From Squalus acanthias (taxonomy: Eukaryota), in NCBI GenBank assembly GCA_030390025.1, contig CM059432.1, forward strand, positions 118,980,001-119,044,000: 64,000 bases of DNA, written 5' to 3'. The notes under the pieces are model-generated. The model did no database searches, was not told where the DNA came from, and saw only the letters and a program-made list of their open reading frames with translations. A program made the translations under genes and the position numbers. Shown here piece after piece: positions 59,671-64,000 of this stretch (positions are counted from its first letter, which is position 1; the number at the start of each line of letters is the position of its first letter).

Positions 59671-61176
59671 CTCTCCTCTCCCTCTTCTTGGTCAACCAGT
59701 GGATGGGCAGGCTGGATTTCTTGGGTGTGGGAAATGAGGAAGGCACAAGGGTGGAGTTGTGGTGAGGGGAGGGGCGTAAAGCAAGAGTTGCATGCGCCAT
59801 GTACAGCTTGCAAATCAGAAGATATTGTAGAATGAAGGGGAAGTGGACGAGAGAAGGCGGATAACGTATGAGGATACCGGCATCTTGTATTCTTTCAGTC
59901 CTACCACTGGCCAAGGGCTCAGCCATGCCCCTGTCAAGAATGGCCAGCACCGTCTCCTCCAAGGGGGTGAAGTGAAGCTAGGAATGGGAGGTGTGCCTTA
60001 TGTTTGGTACGGATTGGTGGTAGGTGAGTGTTTGGGGTAGGGGAGTCATGCATTGAGCAGTTTGTGAGGCTAGTGGTGCAGTTGGTAGGAGGCAGCTCTT
60101 GAAGCTGCATTCACTGACCTTGACCACTGGTCTGAGGTCATGAAGCATCTTTGAGCACTGGAGCCAGATCGTGGGGACGACACTGCTGGTAGTGATGGCC
60201 TGGGTGATCTGGTCCCACATCCTTCTATCTGGAGGGCCTCCTGACTCCTGTGGGTAGAGGACCTCTCTTGCAGTGTTGACACACTGCACAAAGCTGGAGT
60301 GCTGCGTGCGAGACCCTGGGTGCCCCTTCCCTGGCTTGTTGAGCATTTGTGTTTGTGCTGAAGCACTTTTACCATTTTTTTTACATGTGGAAGGCAGTTC
60401 AGCTTTAAAAGCTGAAGACTGCCATTTGGGATTTATTTTTAATGTTTTTTTTTTCAGAAGGCAGTTGAGCTCTAAGGGCTAAAGACTGCCTATTTTAAAA
60501 TGATCTTTATATTTTCATTTTAGAAGGCAGTTCCCCTTTAAGGGTTCGAGTCTGCTTTCTAAAATAACAGCCTTGTTTTAAGAGAACGCTGCCTCGCTCC
60601 AGGGTTACTACAGCCATGCTACACTGGGCCTCCTGCTGAACACACCACCTGAAACAGCGTGTTACACCCCAGGTTTTGTGCTGCGCTAATGTAAATTAGC
60701 AGGCAGCAGCAAAATACCAGAGCTGCCTGCACTACGATTTTGGGCGCCCGTTAACTTCGGCCCACGGTGGCACTGGCAGGTTTCTCGTCTACTCGAATTT
60801 CTAGGCCAGAAACTGGTCATTATCAGATTGCTTTTTGTGGGACCCTGCTGTGCGCAAATTGGCTGCAACACACAACACACACAAAGAAAAAATACTTAAT
60901 TGGCTGTAATGTGCTTTGGAACATCCTAAGTTCATGAACGACGCTATATAAATGCAAGTTCTTTTTTTCTAAGAGGTATCTTTATGAAGCCATATCCTGT
61001 CCCTACCCAACTTTCACACACACACACATATTTTCCAGCAGGGGATGGGGCACTTGAATGCAATATGTTTTCTCTCCATAGTCCAGAGCTGCTAAATCTT
61101 CTTTATAAATAATGGCCCAGAATTTGCTGGACTGGTACATCTTGCGGCATGCCCAGTTAGTTAGACTTGTTCTCGC

Positions 61177-62980
61177 ACAACAACAACAACAACTTGCATT
61201 TATATAGCACCTTTAACATAGTAAAATGTCCCACGGCGCTTCACAGGAACATTATCAAACCAAATTTGACATCGAGACAAAGAAGAAGATATTACACAGG
61301 CCTTGGTCAAAGAGGTAGTTTTTAAGGAGTGTCTTAAAGGAGGAGAGAGAGATAGAGAGGCAGAGAGGTATAGGAAGGGAATTCCAGAGCTTAGGGCCTA
61401 GGCAGCTGAAGACACGGCCGCCAATGGTGGAGCGATTAAAATCGGGGATGTGCAAGAGGCCAGAATTGGAGGAGTGCAGAGATCTCAGAGGGTTGTATGG
61501 CTGTAGGAGGTTACAAAGATAAGGAGGGGTGAGGCCATGGAGGGATTTAAAACAGGGTGATAATTTTGAAATGGACGCGCTGCTGGACTGGTTACAATTG
61601 TAGGTCAGCGAGCACAGGGATGAAGGGTGAACGGGACTTGGTGCGAGTTAGGATACGTTTTGAATGCGCTCAAGTTTGCAGAGGGTGCAAGGTGGGAGGC
61701 CGGCTAGGAGAGCATTGGAATAGTTGAGTCTGGAGGTAAAAATGGCATGCATGAGGATTTTAGCAGCAGATAAGCTAAGGCAGGTGCGGAGATGGATGAT
61801 GTTACAGAAATGGAAGTAGGCGGTCATGGAAATTTCGAGGATATGGGGTCGGAAGCTCAGCTTAGAGTCAAATAGGGCGACAAGGATAAAACCAGCTTGG
61901 TGCAGCCTCAGACAGTGGGCAGGGAGAGGGATGGAATGGTCAGGGAACAGATTTTGTGATGGGGACTGAAGGCAATGGCTTTGGTCTTCCCAATATTTAA
62001 TTGGAGAAAATTTCTGTTCATCCAATACTGGATGTCGGACAAGCAGTGTGACAAATCAAATGCAGTGGAGGGGTCGAGAGAGGTGGTGATGAGGTAGAGC
62101 TGGGTGTCGTCAGCTTAATGTGGAATCTGGCGTGTTGTTGGATGTTGTCGCCAATTGGCAGCATGTAGATGAGAAATAGGAGGAGGTCAAGGATAGATCC
62201 TTGGAGGACTCCAGAGGTAAGAGTGCAGAGGTGGGATGAGAAGCCATTGAAGATGATTCTCGAGCTACGACTGGATAGATAGTAATGGAACCATGTGAGG
62301 GCATCTCCCACCCAGCTGGACAACAGAAGAGAAGCGATTGAGTGGGATGGTGTGGTCAATCGTGTCAAAGGCTGCAGACCGGTCAAGAAGGATGAAGAAG
62401 GATAGTTTACCACGGTCACAGTCACATTGCCCAGGGTGGATTGCTTGAGGAGGAAGGTGATGATGACAGATCTCAAGTGGAGGAGGACAGTATCTGAGTA
62501 GAGGGAACGGTTAACAATATTAGCTAAAATAGAGGCCAGGAATGGAAGTTGGGTGGTCAGTGGTTTGGTGGGAATAGGGTCGCGGGAGCAGGAAGTGGGT
62601 CTCATGGATAAGATGAGCTCGGAGAGGACATGAGGGGTGATCGAAGAGAAACTAGAGAAAGATGCTAGTTCAAGGCCAGGGTAGAGAGGAACTTTAAGGG
62701 AAGTTTGGCTTGGTGGGCTAGTAGAAAGTAGGGAAGCGGCAGAAGCAGCTGAACAAATGGTCTCAATCTTAGTAACAAAGAAGTCCATGAGAAGTCCATG
62801 AGATCCTCGCACTTGTTGTTGGAGGTGAGGGTGAAGGGGCCAGGAGAGAAGGGGGTGAAGAAAACAGTTTGTAATTGAGAAGTAGTGTATTCCAGGATGA
62901 TCCTGGAATAGTGAGCAGTTTTGGCAGAGGAGAGGAGAATCCGATAGTGCTTTATGTGGTTAAACCAGATCTGGCGATGA
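61177..62980 (-). mobile_element. L2 LINE (decayed RT and 3' end)
   Basis: (CAA)n tail; DPIPTK.L, SGVLQGSIL..LLFLIYMLP, SRLNYSNALLAGLP, GGRVFSCLGPKLWNSLP. Confidence 0.9.
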
Positions 62981-63084
62981 ATGTCTAAACCAGTTGTCCA
63001 TCATAAATGTTCATGCCTGCGTTTCTTCAGTTCAAAAATGTTTTGCCCTGTAAGTTGCTAGAATTGCGAGCTGATAATGAACAG

Positions 63085-64000
63085 CGGTACAGGACCTAAT
63101 TCTAGGGAATGTAGCCGGGCAAGTGGTAGAAGTGTCAGCAGGAGAGCATTTTGGTGACTGTGACCATAATTCGGTGAGATTTAAGGTAGTCATGGAAAAG
63201 GACAAAGATGGACCGGAAATAAAGGTTCTAAATCTGGGGAAGGCTGATTTTAATATGATAAGGCAGGATCTGGCCAAAGTGGACTGGGATCAGCTACTTG
63301 TAGGAAAATCCACATCAGAGCAGTGGGAGTCTTTCAGAAAGGAAATAGAGAGAGTACAACGCCAACATGTTCCCATAAAGGTCAAGGGTGGGACCAACAA
63401 GCCCAGGGAACCCTGGATGTCAAGGGATATACAAGAATGGATTAGGAAAAAAAGGGAGGCTTTTGGTAGATACAAAGGACTAAAAATAGTGGAAGCCCTA
63501 GAGAAGTATAGAAAGTGCAGGGGGTTACTTAAAAAAGAAATTAGGAGAGCGAAGAGGGGGCATGAAAAAACACTGGCGGGCAAAATAAAGGAAAATCCCA
63601 AGGTGTTTTATAAGTATATTAAGGGCAAGAGGATAACCAGGGAAAAAGTAGGGCCCATTAGGGACCAAAGTGGCAATCTGTGTGTAGAACTGAAAGATGT
63701 AGGTGAGGTTTTAAATGAATATTTTGCATCTGTGCTCACTATGGTGAAGGATGATGTAGGCATTGAAATCAGGCAGGGGGATTGTGAAATACTTGAACAA
63801 ATTAGTATTGAGAGGGAGGAGGTACTAGCGGTTTTAGCGGGCTTTAAAGTGGATAAATCCCCAGGCCCAGACGAGATGTATCCCAGGCTGCTGTGTGAGG
63901 CAAGGGAGGAGATTGCAGGGGCACTGACACCAATTTTCAGAACCTCTCTGGCCACAGGGGAGGTGCCAGAGGACTGGAGGACAGCTAACATTGTACCATT
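63085..64000 (+). mobile_element. CR1 LINE ORF2 (endonuclease C-terminus to RT linker), running off the window
   Basis: The plus frame reads DLILGN..GEHFGDCDHNSVRF..KADFNMIRQDLAKVDW..PWMS..KENPKVFYKYI..KSPGPDEMYPRLL..VPEDWRTANIVP. Confidence 0.9.

Larger units (their letters stand above)
56797..60807. mobile_element. Harbinger derivative with a Myb remnant (-, about 59450-60370) and two nested insertions
   Basis: Perfect 12-bp TIRs GGCCTAGAAATT / AATTTCTAGGCC. AREVLYP..RMWDQI..WLQCSKMLHDL on the minus strand. Confidence 0.8.
56555..60968 (+). mobile_element. Deu-type SINE split in two (56555-56796 and 60808-60968) by a 4-kb insertion
   Basis: The 5' half ends ..CAACATACTAAAACAGAC; the 3' half resumes CTGGTCATTATC..GTGGGACC.TGCTGTGCGCAAATTGGCTG. 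Confidence 0.75.

Noticed and set aside
63032..63991. Minus-strand ORFs at the window end
   Set aside because: Antisense shadows of the plus-strand CR1 ORF2.

Overview
Repeat-rich vertebrate DNA, most likely from a cartilaginous fish (inferred from the CR1/L2/Deu-type SINE/Penelope/Harbinger repertoire). The only host exon I recognise is the transmembrane/cytoplasmic coding exon of NETO1 (+, 28864-29444), followed by a long AT-rich putative 3' UTR, so the sequence upstream is probably one NETO1 intron. The main feature is a young, full-length 12.6-kb endogenous retrovirus-like provirus on the minus strand (5681-18243). It has two 1702-bp TG..CA LTRs (about 98% identical by eye) and a tRNA-Ser-like PBS that overlaps the gag ATG. 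Gag has a coiled coil and a CCHC knuckle and is joined in frame to pol by a UGA-CUAG readthrough-type junction. Pol carries PR, RT, a degenerate RNase H tether, a second RNase H and IN. The intact 783-aa env has an Ig-like N-terminal domain followed by a paramyxo/pneumo/baculovirus-F-like class I fusion protein. This architecture fits a lokiretrovirus-like lineage rather than a classical ERV or ordinary Gypsy element. The rest of the window is nested Harbinger elements and MITEs, CR1 and L2 LINEs, SINEs, and Penelope elements with hammerhead-ribozyme motifs. All family assignments come from motif recognition by eye; no searches were run.
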